Program-made: the position numbers and the translations under genes
Notes under the pieces: generated by a model
Told to the model about the DNA's origin: nothing
Seen by the model: only the letters and a program-made list of their open reading frames with translations
Databases searched by the model: none
Assembly (NCBI GenBank): GCA_022605425.2
Contig: CM061249.1
Span: 248,001-312,000, forward strand
Reading direction: 5' to 3'
Length of the DNA stretch: 64,000 nucleotides
DNA from: Hamiltosporidium tvaerminnensis FI-OER-3-3
Taxonomy: Eukaryota; Fungi; Microsporidia
In this document: positions 13,750 through 25,722 of the stretch, piece after piece
How positions within the stretch are numbered: position 1 is the stretch's first letter
How the letters are laid out: the number at the start of each line of letters is the position of its first letter

Positions 13750-13872
13750 GAACCGACCAATAACATAAATGAAGAGTCGGATTTGGAAGAAGAGACAATA
13801 GTGGTTAAAGAGGTAGAAGAAAACATGTAAAAAATGGTAAAAAATATTTTAACCCAGAATTTTATTAAATTA
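13750..13872 (+). mobile_element. Extreme 5'-truncated copy (about 120 bp) of the RT-REL retrotransposon
   Basis: Near-identical to the reverse complement of 29580-29700. Flanked by imperfect ATAGGTTTT(T)ATA direct repeats. Confidence 0.9.
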
Positions 13873-14727
13873 ATAGGTTTTATAATTTCTTTTATAGTGA
13901 AATTATGCTGACATAAAAAAGAGTATAATCTTGTAAATTTTTAGGGTAAATATATATTGAAACCATCGGTTGTATTTTTAGGGGAGAAAAGACATCGAAT
14001 TTTCGGTTGTTCCTAAAAAATTTGTATAATAAAGAAGAACATACAAAGGCGAAAAAATTTTACAAAGTCAGTTTGGGCTTTTTTTTGACAAATCATTACT
14101 CTCGGCATCAATGGTTTGGAATTTTCATGCAAAAGCGTAGAAATCGAGTCTTACTCAATCTAGTTTGAAGGGTTGGCCGTAAAAAATACTAAAAACACTA
14201 GTATATAATCCAGAAAACAAAAGTAGCGATTTGCACATTGTTTTTATAATATTTCATTTTTATGTATGTCTCATATGAAATTCTGAAATATATATTGCCT
14301 TGATATCTATTACAAGCGGAAAATTGAGGTAGGTGTGATCGCTGCTGGTCTTGAGCGCTTGTAGTAAATTTCTGCATTTGATCACACTTCATGCAACGAC
14401 AATCAATAAAGATCTGCTCGGTATTCTGTCTTTTAAATAACGGGCGCAGATTTTGAATAAGAAGTTTTGGTATTTGGATATCGTATGGGATGTCAATATA
14501 GTATGAGTCTGGTTAATTGTTATCCATATAAAACACAGAACTTTGTATGTCATGAAAAAAATATTGCACACACTTTTGAAAGAATATAATACTTGTGAAT
14601 AATTTCAGTATTTAAAATTGCTATAAATAGACATTTAACGATTTAAATATTATAGTGTATAGGTTTCGATGAAACAATTCGTTGAGAAATATATCGCAAA
14701 TATAGAAATTTAAAAAGCAAAAACAAG

Positions 14728-15732
14728 TTATTGGTTTAATAAAAACTTTAAAAGTATATCTATGCCCTTAAATTTTAATTTTTTCTTACATTTTGGGAAT
14801 GAAAGTCCTTCAAATTTCTCTTTTAGTATGAAATAAAGATGATTGACAAAATTATCTATAAAAAATCCAATTCTTTGATTAGTATCAAGTAAATTGTTAT
14901 AAGTATAGAAACTTTGATCTTCGGTAGAAATGTAATATAATATATCGTTTCCATGAAAAATATCTATTAATATTTTTAATAAAACCTTATTGATGTACAT
15001 TTTTTTCATTAAACTTTCAAGTTTCGAGTTTAGTTTGGTCAGCACAGCTTTTATTGGGGATTCTTTTTCTGGTATTGCATAAAATTCATTCTGAATGCAA
15101 GAATCATAATAGACTTTTGCGGTAAAAGCAAATTCTTCAAAGTAATTATTTTCATTATTATAATGCTCAAAATAACTTCTTTCTAGTTTTCTTTCTTCGA
15201 ATACCGTTGCAAAATCTATTGATGTATCTTTAATTAAGTTTCTTTCTATAAATGTATACGCTTGCCGCTCTTTTTCCGCAATAAAATCGGTTTCTTTAGA
15301 TAAATCATAGAACCTAGAAGATAGTCGCTGCAAATGTGGATTTGTTTCTTCATAAAATTTCATAATCAGCTTTTTTTTAAGAATCAAGCCTAAGTAATAA
15401 AACTGATCATCTAATAACATTTCTGTGCGATTTTCTCGCCTCCAAAATTTATATATTTCGGTTTTTTTTTCTTTATACTTTTCTTCATTTTCCAGAATTT
15501 TCTTAATTTCCAATGCTCGTTTCTCTATAAACTCTAATGGTGCATTATGGTTTAAAAGTATCATGTTTATTGAGTTTACAATCAAAAAATTCAATAGAAA
15601 ATCGTTTTTTCCATCTATTTGCACATCGTTTTGCTGCGGACTACTTTGGATGCTCTCATAATCTGTACAAACACCGAAACAATTGAGTAAACTACATGAA
15701 ATCGTATGAAAACTATACAGTAGAAAATACAT
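14728..15732 (-). CDS. Hypothetical protein, 334 aa, possibly secreted
   Basis: Long ORF with a hydrophobic N-terminus (MYFLLYSFHTISCS) and CCCC 11 nt upstream of the ATG. No recognised domain. Confidence 0.7.
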   Translation of the reverse strand: MYFLLYSFHTISCSLLNCFGVCTDYESIQSSPQQNDVQIDGKNDFLLNFLIVNSINMILLNHNAPLEFIEKRALEIKKILENEEKYKEKKTEIYKFWRRENRTEMLLDDQFYYLGLILKKKLIMKFYEETNPHLQRLSSRFYDLSKETDFIAEKERQAYTFIERNLIKDTSIDFATVFEERKLERSYFEHYNNENNYFEEFAFTAKVYYDSCIQNEFYAIPEKESPIKAVLTKLNSKLESLMKKMYINKVLLKILIDIFHGNDILYYISTEDQSFYTYNNLLDTNQRIGFFIDNFVNHLYFILKEKFEGLSFPKCKKKLKFKGIDILLKFLLNQ

Positions 15733-16270
15733 GTTCTTAGAATGGGGTATTCTGATGTTTATTTATTTTATTAATTCATTCGTTATTTTTGCAATGATTA
15801 AATCTACTTATATTGCTTATAACAAAATCATTAACCAAACGATTGATAAAAAATTTTACAAAAAAAAATCTTCCTAAAACAAATGAACCATTTTAAAACT
15901 TCCCGTTTCAGTTTTATTTTTTACAATTTGTTTTTTTCTGATCAATATTTTTTTATAAAAAATTTTTAATTATTTTATCGAAAAAATCTAAAAAAACTGA
16001 TTCAAAATTTCAAATTTTATAATTGAGAAGAGAATAACAAATGTAAAAAAAAGAAGATATTATAATATTATGAAAAAATTTTACTATGATATCTTATATT
16101 TGTGACCAATATTATAAAATATATATTGGTTTTCTTTATATGGTTATATATTTAAATTAGAACGTGTTTAATATTATAAAATCTTTTTTTTTCATATTTT
16201 GTTTAAATCACAGATATTTCTTACTTATTTGTTTCTTTTTAAATTAATATTGATAAAAAAATAATATAAT

Positions 16271-17884
16271 TTATTTAATAAAATTCTGGGTTAACAAATT
16301 TTTCTCTTTTCTAAATGATTCATTCCACCATTTCAACCACTTCTATCTCTTCCTCCAACTCCAACTCTTCATTTGTATTAGTTGATGGTTCCTTTGCTGT
16401 GGTTATACCATCCAAGATAAGGGGTAAAATATTTTTTGTATTTTCCGTTTTAACATCATCTTCCTCGTTGTCTACTTGCTTTAAAGGGGGTATTGGTTGT
16501 TTATGCATCTCAGCTCCTAAAATAACACTTAATGATGCTCTCTCCCAGCTCTCCTCAGCATTTGAACCAGACTCAAGTCCTCTTCGTCGATCAAAAGAAA
16601 TTGTTTTGACTGTCTTCTTGAGTACTTTGGATTGTATATATGCCTCTACATTCATGGGTATTTGCAGTCTCTTAACATACGTCTTATGGTATTTTGTCAC
16701 AATACCGTCCCAGGTCATCACATAAGGAATTATCTTTACACTGCATTTATAAATAAGACCTAACCCATTTGCTAATAGGTCATACTTCCTAAGCTTCTCT
16801 GTTTCAACTATTTGAAGAGAGTCTTGGGATGTGATTCCTACTTCAATGAGGGTTATCCTATTCTGTCTCTTGTCTAAAACAAATATATCTGGTCTGTTAC
16901 ACCGAATCTTGACATCAGTTTTTATTCTGGTGTCCACTCTTATCTCTGCATATTTGTTATCAAGAATTTCTTGAACTGAGTGGCTTCTAATTCGTTTCGA
17001 AGACTTAAACTTATATTTATTCAAGAAAAAGTAAATGTATACATCGTACCACTTCATTATGTCGTCTAGTATAGTCATGACCAAGCATTTTTTCACATCT
17101 CGTTGCTAAGTGATCAACTGTTTTCCTAGACTGGTTGCAGTGTTGACACATACCTTCTGCACCCCAGAATACATTTATATCCTGGATATAACAGAACACT
17201 GCTTCATCACGTGGTCTTACACTTCCTTTCTTTAACCATCTTGAAGAGTCATTTACACTTAGCAGCTCGTTATTTCTAGCGCTATATTATAACTTTGAAT
17301 GTAGTTTTCGGTTTTTGATTTGTTATATAGGTTAGCTAGTTGAGCTTCTTCCAATTTCTTTTTTGTGACTTCCTCTTCCAATCCATATTTTATTTTTAAA
17401 AAGTTTTTAATTAGTGAAAGGTGGGTTTTATTATTATTCTCAACCTTTAGGATTGCTGCTCTTCTGGTCGATGTATATTTATGTTTTTCCAGACAATCCA
17501 AGAGTTGCAAAAGCATATGTTCGATTTTGAACTCGAAACTATGTAAACCTCTTCCAAGTTCTTTAAGTGGAAGGTATAGACGTTCTTTGCATCCTGGGCG
17601 TAGATGTATTTTGTTCTTTACTAACACTGCACGCACCGCATCATCTAACTTAGAGAAGTCAGCCAGTCCTAGTCGGAGTACACCTATATGATAGTTTAGT
17701 AAAGAAATTGCATGTTGATTAATGGTCTTAAATAAATTTCTTGCATTTAATCTCGTGCGACAAAGTCTTTCTACTCGTGCTATAAGTTTAGTCTGTACTT
17801 CCTCAAAAGACTTACTTGTTGGAATTCCTCTGCTATCTTCTATAATTCCAAGGTATTTATAAACACCTATACCTTCAAGAAGAG
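16271..17884 (-). mobile_element. 5'-truncated, frameshifted RT-REL retrotransposon copy
   Basis: The ORFs at 17259-17951, 17017-17199 and 16320-17096 match the C-terminal third of the 1253-aa protein. 15-bp TSD AAAAAATAATATAAT at 16256-16270 and 17885-17899. Confidence 0.93.
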
Positions 17885-17932
17885 AAAAAATAATATAATA
17901 ACCAATTATAACTATATTTAATTTAATTTCTA

Positions 17933-18669
17933 GTGGAGGGAGGATAACCACATAAAAAACTTTCTGCTTGGCAATGAGTGTGTGAATCTGGTGTGAAGAT
18001 CATTGTTTGGATTTTTGGTGGGAATAAAACCACACTACATCTTCGGTTGTTCCATAGGAGTTGTTATGAGGAGGAGAGGTCTAAGAAATGGAGAAACTTT
18101 TTCTACAAATTTATTTGTAGTTTTTTATGTAACCAGATTGCAGACCGCAGCTGAACATGTAGGTAATTGCCATGTAAAAGCATGGAAACCTAGCCTTGCT
18201 CACTCGGGTTAGAAGACTTAGCGCCTGGGAGATATAAAAATAAAACCCATTAAAAGCCGGGAGAGCTAAGTAGCAGGTTATACCTGTTGGTATGACATTG
18301 CACTGTCTAGGTGGACCCCATGTAAATCTCTGAAATATATCTTAGCTAGAAGTTTATTGGGTTCAGAAAGTGTAGAGTAAGTGGGAATGCTGCATAGTCT
18401 TGGGGGAGCCCAGGGGGGGCTTCGGCCTTCGATCACACTCCATGCAACGGACATTAACGAACTCCGGGCAACTGCCTCGCCTATTAATTAGGTTCTACAC
18501 ACCTGGTAGATGAAAGGCTTTGGGACGTAGGTATCGCAGGTGTTACTGATGGAGTGTTGGGGTAGCAGTTATTTATGTTAAACCTAGAACTGCGTTAATG
18601 TCATGAAAACAAATATAACACTTGCCACTATTGTAAAAAGATGTGATATTTTTAAATAAAATTATTATT
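17933..18669 (+). mobile_element. ~735-bp non-coding SINE-like element, full copy A
   Basis: Starts GTGGAGGGAGGATAACCAC and ends near TTTAAATAAA. 16-bp TSD TTTAATTTAATTTCTA at 17917-17932 and 18670-18685. Nearly identical to 50162-50902. Confidence 0.92.
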
Positions 18670-21084
18670 TTTAATTTAATTTCTATTCAAAATATTTTAG
18701 AATTGTAACTATTTCTAAAATAAAATCAAAAAAATCGTGTCTAAAGTTCTGAATTTAATTTATTATACTATTTAAATATAGATGTATTTTGAAGTAATAT
18801 ATATGTTTTTTTATTAACGTATAAATTTGTATATTGTTTTTTCATTTAATATATTCTGTATTTGAGGGAATTTTTATTACTGTGAGACATCACGCTATCT
18901 TTCTCTAAAAAAATTTTGAATCTGGCTTTTTTAGAACCTTTAGATAATCTAGAAGGAATAACTGGAAACGCTTTTGAGAGTTATCAAGTAATTTAATTCA
19001 AAATATAATCTTACTAAATAGCTTCAATAGCATAGAAATATGTTTTATTGGTACAATCTTGAATTTAAAAACGTGTATAAACCTTTTATAAACTACATAA
19101 ATACATGAGATTTGTGATATTTAAAAATATATCATACTTATCGGTCTTGCAGGTAAAAAAATCTAAGAAATTCTACGCGGTACGTTGAATTTTTTTTAAT
19201 AAATATACAGTTTCTCAACTCCATGTGCGGCTTCCTAAGTCTGATTCATCTTTTCATATTGTTCATAGATGACCGAATTATAAAAGTTTTTATCAAGTAT
19301 ACGTTTCTAGGATTTTTAAAAAAGTATCGCTTGTATTTAAATGCTTATAAACTGTGGTTAAGAATCAAACGATCTGATTGCTGAGCTTTTTAATCGAAAC
19401 TTAAAACCAGCCCCAGCAAACAAATATGATTTGTTTGATTTCATTATAGTGAATTGTAATTCATTTAAATTATATCATTTTTTGTGTTTCTTATAACCAT
19501 TATTTAATAAATTGAATATTCTTAGTCGATTACTAATTTTTTACCGGAATATCTTATCAGATTTTAAGTATTTTAACAATAGTCTCAAGTAGAAAAAATC
19601 TATTCCTGTCGTTAAGACATCTAATCATACACTTATAGCAAAAAAAGGCTGCAGAGATTTTGAATTCGCAGTTTCTATTTAATAAATTTAATCTAATAAA
19701 TAATTATCTAACATCGCGGTGTTTGATCTTATACAAATGACTAGAAGAAAAACGTATTTAAATCTAAAATGATATCATTTTAACTCTAAAACTCAACTCA
19801 ATAAAGTTAGCTGGTCAGAAAAGCGAATTATTTTTCGAAAATAACTGGCAAGATTTTTTTTATACTAATGTAACATATATTGCCTAATTAAAGTCATTAA
19901 ACATATTGAAAAAAAAAGAGAATCTGAATTATTTTATTTATGATATGAAAATTTAGTTCGAAGAACTATTTTAAATCTGAGACATATTCTAACAAAAATG
20001 CTATAAAACTATACAAAGCTGTAAAGCAGAATATGAATCCCTCGTTAAATAGAATCTATCGACAGAGTCGTGTTATACATTTCTTATCAATAATATTAAT
20101 TAAAATATCGAAGAAAATAATTATCTTTATTCAAATATGATTGCTGGAATAACTTAAGAAATTGATGTGTGTATATATTATATCGAAGGAAAGAATAATC
20201 TCTTTCTTGAGATTTTGATTTGTTTCCTAAAACCTGGCTTTTGATTAATTGTTTGCATCTGCAGAAACTATTCTATGTACAATAGCAAAATATATGAAAA
20301 ACGTGACTAGAATATTAAATTCAGGAAAAAGCCATTAATGATGATTCTCCCCAAACTGATTAAAAGAATGAACGCAAAGAGTTCGCCATTTATTCGGAAC
20401 AAAACATGTGCCTAAAAGGTTTTTTTACGGAACTATTTCTGGGTAATGATTCATAAAACCTGCTATAATTCGTATATGTTTCATTTCCTAATATATACTC
20501 GAATATTCTTCAAAAAATATTACATATTTTTAATTTGAGAAAAATTAATTCACTTTGTGTAAGATAATCCCTATTATCATAAAGGCCGCATAAGTCAATT
20601 TTTTAGAAAAAAAACTATAAGTTCGTTAACTAACTGGCTTGATCAGCTGATTTTACATAATTAAAAATTTTTGATCATTAGATAGAAAAGAATTTAAAAA
20701 TTATGCAATCGAAAACAAAACTGAGCAAATAGATAAAAATAAGTCTTTTTCTGGAAATATTGCTTGATATATAGCCAGGATTTTTTTAATAATATCTCTA
20801 GGCGCATTGAAAAGTATTTAAGTAAAAAAATCTAATTACCATCGCAGAAATATTTTTCTGTTTTTGGTCCGGTAATTTCAATTTTATTGAGTTAACTGTA
20901 ATAAATATAGAATTTTTAAAACCTAGAAAATATATTTGGTATGTTAATATGGAACATTGATCATTGTTTATTTGAATTATAATAGATTCTGATCGCCTAT
21001 TTATATGAACAAGAAGCCATTTAAAATTTGCACACTTTTTCGGCCACTGGGTATATATAAATATCATATATTTAAATGCACCAG

Positions 21085-21819
21085 GTGGAGAGACGATAAC
21101 CACATAGAGAACTTTCTGCTTGGCAATGAGTGTGTGAAACTTGTGTGAGGTCATTGTTTGGATTTTTGGTGGGAATAAAACCACACTACATCTTTGGTTG
21201 TTCCATGGAAGTTTTATTAGGAGGAGAGATCTAAGAAATGGAGAAACTTTTTCTAAAAATTTATTTGTAGTTTTTTATGTAACTGAATCAAAGGCCGCAG
21301 CCAAAAACGTAGGTAATTGCCATATAAAAGCATGGAAACCTAGCCTTGCTCACTCGGGTTAGAAGACTTAGCGCCTGGGAGATATAAAAATAAAAACCAT
21401 TAAAAGCCGGGAAAGCTAAGTAGCAGGTTATACCTGTTGGCATGACATTGTACTGTCTAGGTGGACCCCATGTTAATCTCTAAAATATATCTATGATAGA
21501 AGTTTATTGGGTTCAGAAAGTGTAGAGTAAGTGGTAATGCTACATAGTCTTAGGGAAGCCCAGGTAGGCTTCGGCTTTCGATATCACTCTATGTAACGGA
21601 CATTAATGACTCATGGGCAACTTCTTCGCCTACAATTAGGTTTTACTTACCTGGTAGATGAAAGGCTTTGGAATGTAGGTATCGCAGGGGTTACCGATAG
21701 AGTGTTGGAGTAGCAGTTATTTATGTTAAACCTAGAACCGCGTTAATGTTATAAAAACAAATGTAACGCTTGCCACTGTTTTAAAAAGATGTGATACTTT
21801 TAAATAAAGTTATTATTTA
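21085..21819 (+). mobile_element. ~735-bp SINE-like element, older full copy B
   Basis: Colinear with copy A but more diverged. Imperfect TSD ATATTT(C)AAATGCA at 21068-21080 and 21820-21833. Confidence 0.9.
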
Positions 21820-22346
21820 ATATTTCAAATGCAATTACTTCGATGGAATCACTTCAATTTTTTGGCATCAAAAAAACCAAATGCTCAAGTATTTTTTTGC
21901 GCTTTATATTATTAAATTACTTAATTATAATAAATTTTCGTTTTTTTAACATAAATCTTGAATTATTTGGTTCTGAAGTTTGCTATTATTTTCAAATACT
22001 CGTTTTAAAAAAATCGTAAACAAAAAAACCTATAATTTTGTTTGTAGGTACTAATACGATCATCAAAATACTTCATCGTGACACTTTTTATGGCTTTGCG
22101 GAGCCTTTTAACACACAGTCGACAAATATCTTTTCGATTTTAAATATCTGCAGTATTATTATTTTCTTCTGGATTCATACAACATTATTATCCCATAAGT
22201 TAACTTAAATGCGCATCATTTATGTCTCAATGTTTTCATTTTTGTGGTATTTATAGAAATCACACAAAAATACAAAACATTATTTCTAGCTTTATATAAC
22301 TTTTAATTTAATCTAAGTTTTATATTTAATTATATAACATTTAATC

Positions 22347-22453
22347 CAAATGAAGAGTCAAAGTTGGAGGAAGAGATAGAAGTGCTTGAAATGATGGAAA
22401 GAAACTATTTAAAAAAGGAAAATTTGTTAACCAAGAATTTTATTAAATAAAAG
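22347..22453 (+). mobile_element. Short 3'-end fragment of the RT-REL retrotransposon family
   Basis: AATGAAGAG..TTGGAGGAAGAGATAGAAGT..AATTTGTTAACCAAGAATTTTATTAAATAAAA matches the 3' end of the 16271 copy. Confidence 0.8.
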
Positions 22454-22974
22454 TTTTATTTAATTATCTAAATTTTTTTTATTAATCTTTCAAATACTTT
22501 TTTTTGATGAAATCTGTTTCTATCACTATTAAACAAAATAGTATTTTCATTTTGTAAATACCACACTTTTTTTAAACGGTTTCGTTTCAGCTTTCTTTCA
22601 TGGCATTAAGGCAGTTCTAGATTTAAATTATAACTGCTAATAACATACCATCTGTGCTTCTAAATAGATTTCTTCCCAAAACCTTTCATCTAAAAAATAT
22701 GAAGACAATCTACTTACATGGAGTTGCTTGATTCTCTTTAATACTGGGTTCAAGAAGTTATATTGTAAGTCAAACCACACTTTGGACTTCAAATGGCAAA
22801 CATTATTCTCATTTACTTTAAACTTAAACAACCCATTATATTATAGTTCAGTTAAGATATATCTCGGTGACTTACATGAGTTCTACCTAAACGATACAAT
22901 GCTGTGCTAATAGACATAACCTGTTATTAATCATTCCAGTCGTTTGAAAATGAATGTTTTATCTATCTCACTGG

Positions 22975-23262
22975 TTCTAAGAATCTTAATCCGAGTGAGG
23001 AAAGCTACTTTTGTTCCATGCTTTTATATGGCAATTACTTACAAGTTCAACAGCGGTCTGCGATCTAGGTACATTAAAAACTACAAATAAATTTTTATAA
23101 AAAGTTACATGTCCTACAGACCAAACCCTTCTTATAGTTTAATGATCAACCCAAAAGGCTGTGAAGTTATATTTCCAACAAAAAACCCAATAATTATTTA
23201 AAATCAATGTGTTTCAAACATTGCCAAGAATTTTTCTTTAAATATGGCTATCCTTTCTCCAC
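22975..23262 (-). mobile_element. Diverged 5' portion of the ~735-bp element
   Basis: The reverse complement begins GTGGAGAAAGGATAGCCA and contains AGACCGC, GTAATTGCCATATAAAAGCATGG and CTCACTCGGATTA. Confidence 0.8.
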
Positions 23263-23624
23263 AATTTAATCAAAAACAGAAATGTATGCAAAATAAAATT
23301 AGGTTAAAAATAGAAATTCAATTAAAAATAGAAATGTAAGCAAAAACAGAAATTAAATCAAAAAAAGAAATGTAAGCAAAAATAGAAATTTAATCAAAAA
23401 ATAAAATTAAATCAACCACAGAAATTAAATCAAAAACAGAAATTTAATTTAAAAATAAAATTCAATCCAAAAAAATAAAATTCATTCCAATAAGTAACCT
23501 ACAGATTGACCCATGAAATTTAAGAATTAAAATTTTTTTAATAAAATTTTTAATTTTTCAAAAAATTATTTAAAAGTCAGAAAAGATAAAGAAATTAAAT
23601 AAAAAAACGAATAAAAATATCAAT

Positions 23625-25211
23625 TTAACGGTATAAATGTTTAGCTTTTGAAGAAGTATGATGTTTCATTCTATATTCATTTTCTTTTCTAAGTTTTTCT
23701 CCTGTCTTATTCTCTTTATTGTTATCTCTAACAATATCTAATACATCCGTTCCATTATTTCGAGTATTACTATCATCTTCAATTCTTTCATCAATATTTT
23801 CAGAATTATTTGGAATATTTTTCCATTTTTCAGGCAATTTACTTCTACTTTTTTCCAAATGCAAAATAATTCTTTTTTTCTTTTCATTAAAAATATCTTT
23901 CAACATTTCCTTTTCTTCAAAACTTAATAAATCATATTCTCTACGAATTACATCAAAATCACCATTTTTTAAATAATTCAAAGCTTCTTCGTGTCTGTCA
24001 ATAAAATCAGTAAAATTTTTTCCTTGCAAAAACTCCGGAATCACAACATCCACCGTCTCTATTTCTTCTTTAATTTCCCCTTCTTTTTTCAAACAACACA
24101 AACTCTTTTCTTTTTTCGAATTTCCTTTCATAATAAGTCTATTACTACTTTTTTCTAAAATTTCTTTTTTTTCTTCAATTCTACTACTCACAAGCATTTC
24201 ACAAGCCATTTTTTTAATTTCTTCTATATTCTGTTGACTGACCGTACTAATAGAAATATATTTTTTATTTTCTATAAATTCTTTAAATACATTATTTTCA
24301 TACTTCTTACATTCTTCTAAATCATTTTTACTCAAAACAATAATTACATTATTTCCTATTAAAGATTCTACATTTTTATAAAGAAGAATTTGATCTTCAA
24401 CCAAATATCCACAACTTTCACTTAAATCTATAAAAAATAAAACAACACTTTTCAAATGTAATAAAGCAATTACAGTTTGTAATTCAATACTATTTTTTTC
24501 AGTAGAATTTATTAAACCAGGAGTATCCAATAATTGAAAAGAAAGTGTGTTATAAACAAAATGTGCCAATGTAAGATTTTGAGTAGTAAACGGATAAGAA
24601 TGAACAGCTGCTATATTTTTATATTCATCGTTTTTTCCAGAAATATTGATTAGAGTATTTAAAAAAGAAGATTTTCCTGTATTTGGATGTCCAATAAGTA
24701 AAATGGTTCGAGTGGTTGGATTTATCTGTGGAAGTCTTGACATATGTTGTCTTATGGTTTCTAAGTATTGTAATGTATTTTTAAGTTTTTTAATATGGTT
24801 TGCCATTTTTCCCAAAGCTGCTTTTTTTAATGTTTTTGATTGAAAAAGTGTGGTTGTATGATTTATAAGAGAAAGAAAATGACTGGCAGTTTTGTTGATG
24901 TAAGAAATTGTTGTAGAAATATGAGAAAGGTGTATTTTATACGTATCTTTGTTATAGAAATGAGAAAGAAGAGTTGAGTGAAAGGGATGGAGATTATCGA
25001 TGTGTGGAAAAGATGTGAGAATGGAGGACAAATGGCTTGTAAAATTTGAAGCAGCTGTTTTTATTTTTGTTGAATAAAATCTGCGTATTTGAGGAAGAGG
25101 TGTTGTTTTGTGTATCATTGTTGGTGTCTGTCGTTGTGTTTTATTTAAAGACGTATCTATAAGTTCAGTGTGTTGAAGAACGGGAGGAATACTTTTAAAA
25201 ATGAATGTCAT
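23625..25211 (-). CDS. NOG1: Nucleolar GTP-binding protein 1
   Basis: LNKTQRQTPTMIH, LHPF, G1 GHPNTGKSS, G2 YPFTT, G3 DTPG, DLSESCGY, G4 SKND. CCC lies 4 nt before the ATG. Confidence 0.95.
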   Translation of the reverse strand: MTFIFKSIPPVLQHTELIDTSLNKTQRQTPTMIHKTTPLPQIRRFYSTKIKTAASNFTSHLSSILTSFPHIDNLHPFHSTLLSHFYNKDTYKIHLSHISTTISYINKTASHFLSLINHTTTLFQSKTLKKAALGKMANHIKKLKNTLQYLETIRQHMSRLPQINPTTRTILLIGHPNTGKSSFLNTLINISGKNDEYKNIAAVHSYPFTTQNLTLAHFVYNTLSFQLLDTPGLINSTEKNSIELQTVIALLHLKSVVLFFIDLSESCGYLVEDQILLYKNVESLIGNNVIIVLSKNDLEECKKYENNVFKEFIENKKYISISTVSQQNIEEIKKMACEMLVSSRIEEKKEILEKSSNRLIMKGNSKKEKSLCCLKKEGEIKEEIETVDVVIPEFLQGKNFTDFIDRHEEALNYLKNGDFDVIRREYDLLSFEEKEMLKDIFNEKKKRIILHLEKSRSKLPEKWKNIPNNSENIDERIEDDSNTRNNGTDVLDIVRDNNKENKTGEKLRKENEYRMKHHTSSKAKHLYR

Positions 25212-25271
25212 TTAAGGGTTCTTATAATTTATGCATATAAAAGAATTTGGATTTTTTTAATGCATAAAAGA

Positions 25272-25722
25272 AAAGTAAGAATAGAAGAAAGATTTTTTTA
25301 AAGAATTTAATGACAAAAATAAATTTATAAGAATATGGAAATAAAAAAACTTATAAGAATTAGAAAAGTAAAATTAGAATAAAGATAGTGTTAAAGAATT
25401 TAAGACAAAAATAAATTTATAAGAATTTGGAAAGTAAGAATAGAGGAAAGCTTTTTTTAAAGAATTTAATGACAAAAATAAATTTATAAGAATATGGAAA
25501 TAAAAAAACTTATAAGAATTAGAAAAGTAAAATTAGAATAAAGATAGTGTTAAAGAATTTAAGACAAAAATAAATTTATAAGAATTTGGAAAGTAAGAAT
25601 AGAAGAAAGCTTTTTTTAAAGAATTTAATGACAAAAATAAATTTATAAGAATATGGAAATAAAAAAACTTATAAGAATTAGAAAACTAAGAATAGAAGAA
25701 AGATAGTTTTAAAGAATTTAAT
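25272..25722. repeat. 159-bp tandem repeat (about 2.8 copies) upstream of NOG1
   Basis: AAAGTAAGAATAG at 25272, 25431 and 25590, with internal sub-repeats. Confidence 0.9.

Noticed and set aside
17885-17951. N-terminus MVILPPLEIK.. of the 230-aa ORF
   Set aside because: It is chance read-through from the adjacent element and flank. RT homology starts only at LLEG (~17883).
17933-17955. GTGGAGGG at the element's 5' end as part of a permuted twister ribozyme
   Set aside because: The GUCCCAAGC core is absent from the element.
18003-18212. 69-77-aa ORFs ending KAWKPSLAHSG in copies of the ~735-bp element
   Set aside because: They start at TTG/GTG, their N-terminal frames differ between copies, and the only internal ATG is missing in copy B. 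A micropeptide is not excluded but is unsupported.
17933-18669. Element as telomerase RNA, RNase P/MRP, SRP RNA or an snRNA
   Set aside because: I found no telomeric template, CR-I/CR-V boxes, SRP helix-8 motif or snRNA 5' sequence. A single AUUUUUG Sm-like word is not informative.
18800-20800. Complex non-coding stretches that may be old transposon or gene relics (also 11.5-13.3 kb, 33.9-34.9 kb and 45.9-48.5 kb)
   Set aside because: I could not read ordered protein motifs with confidence. A frameshift-aware translated search is needed.
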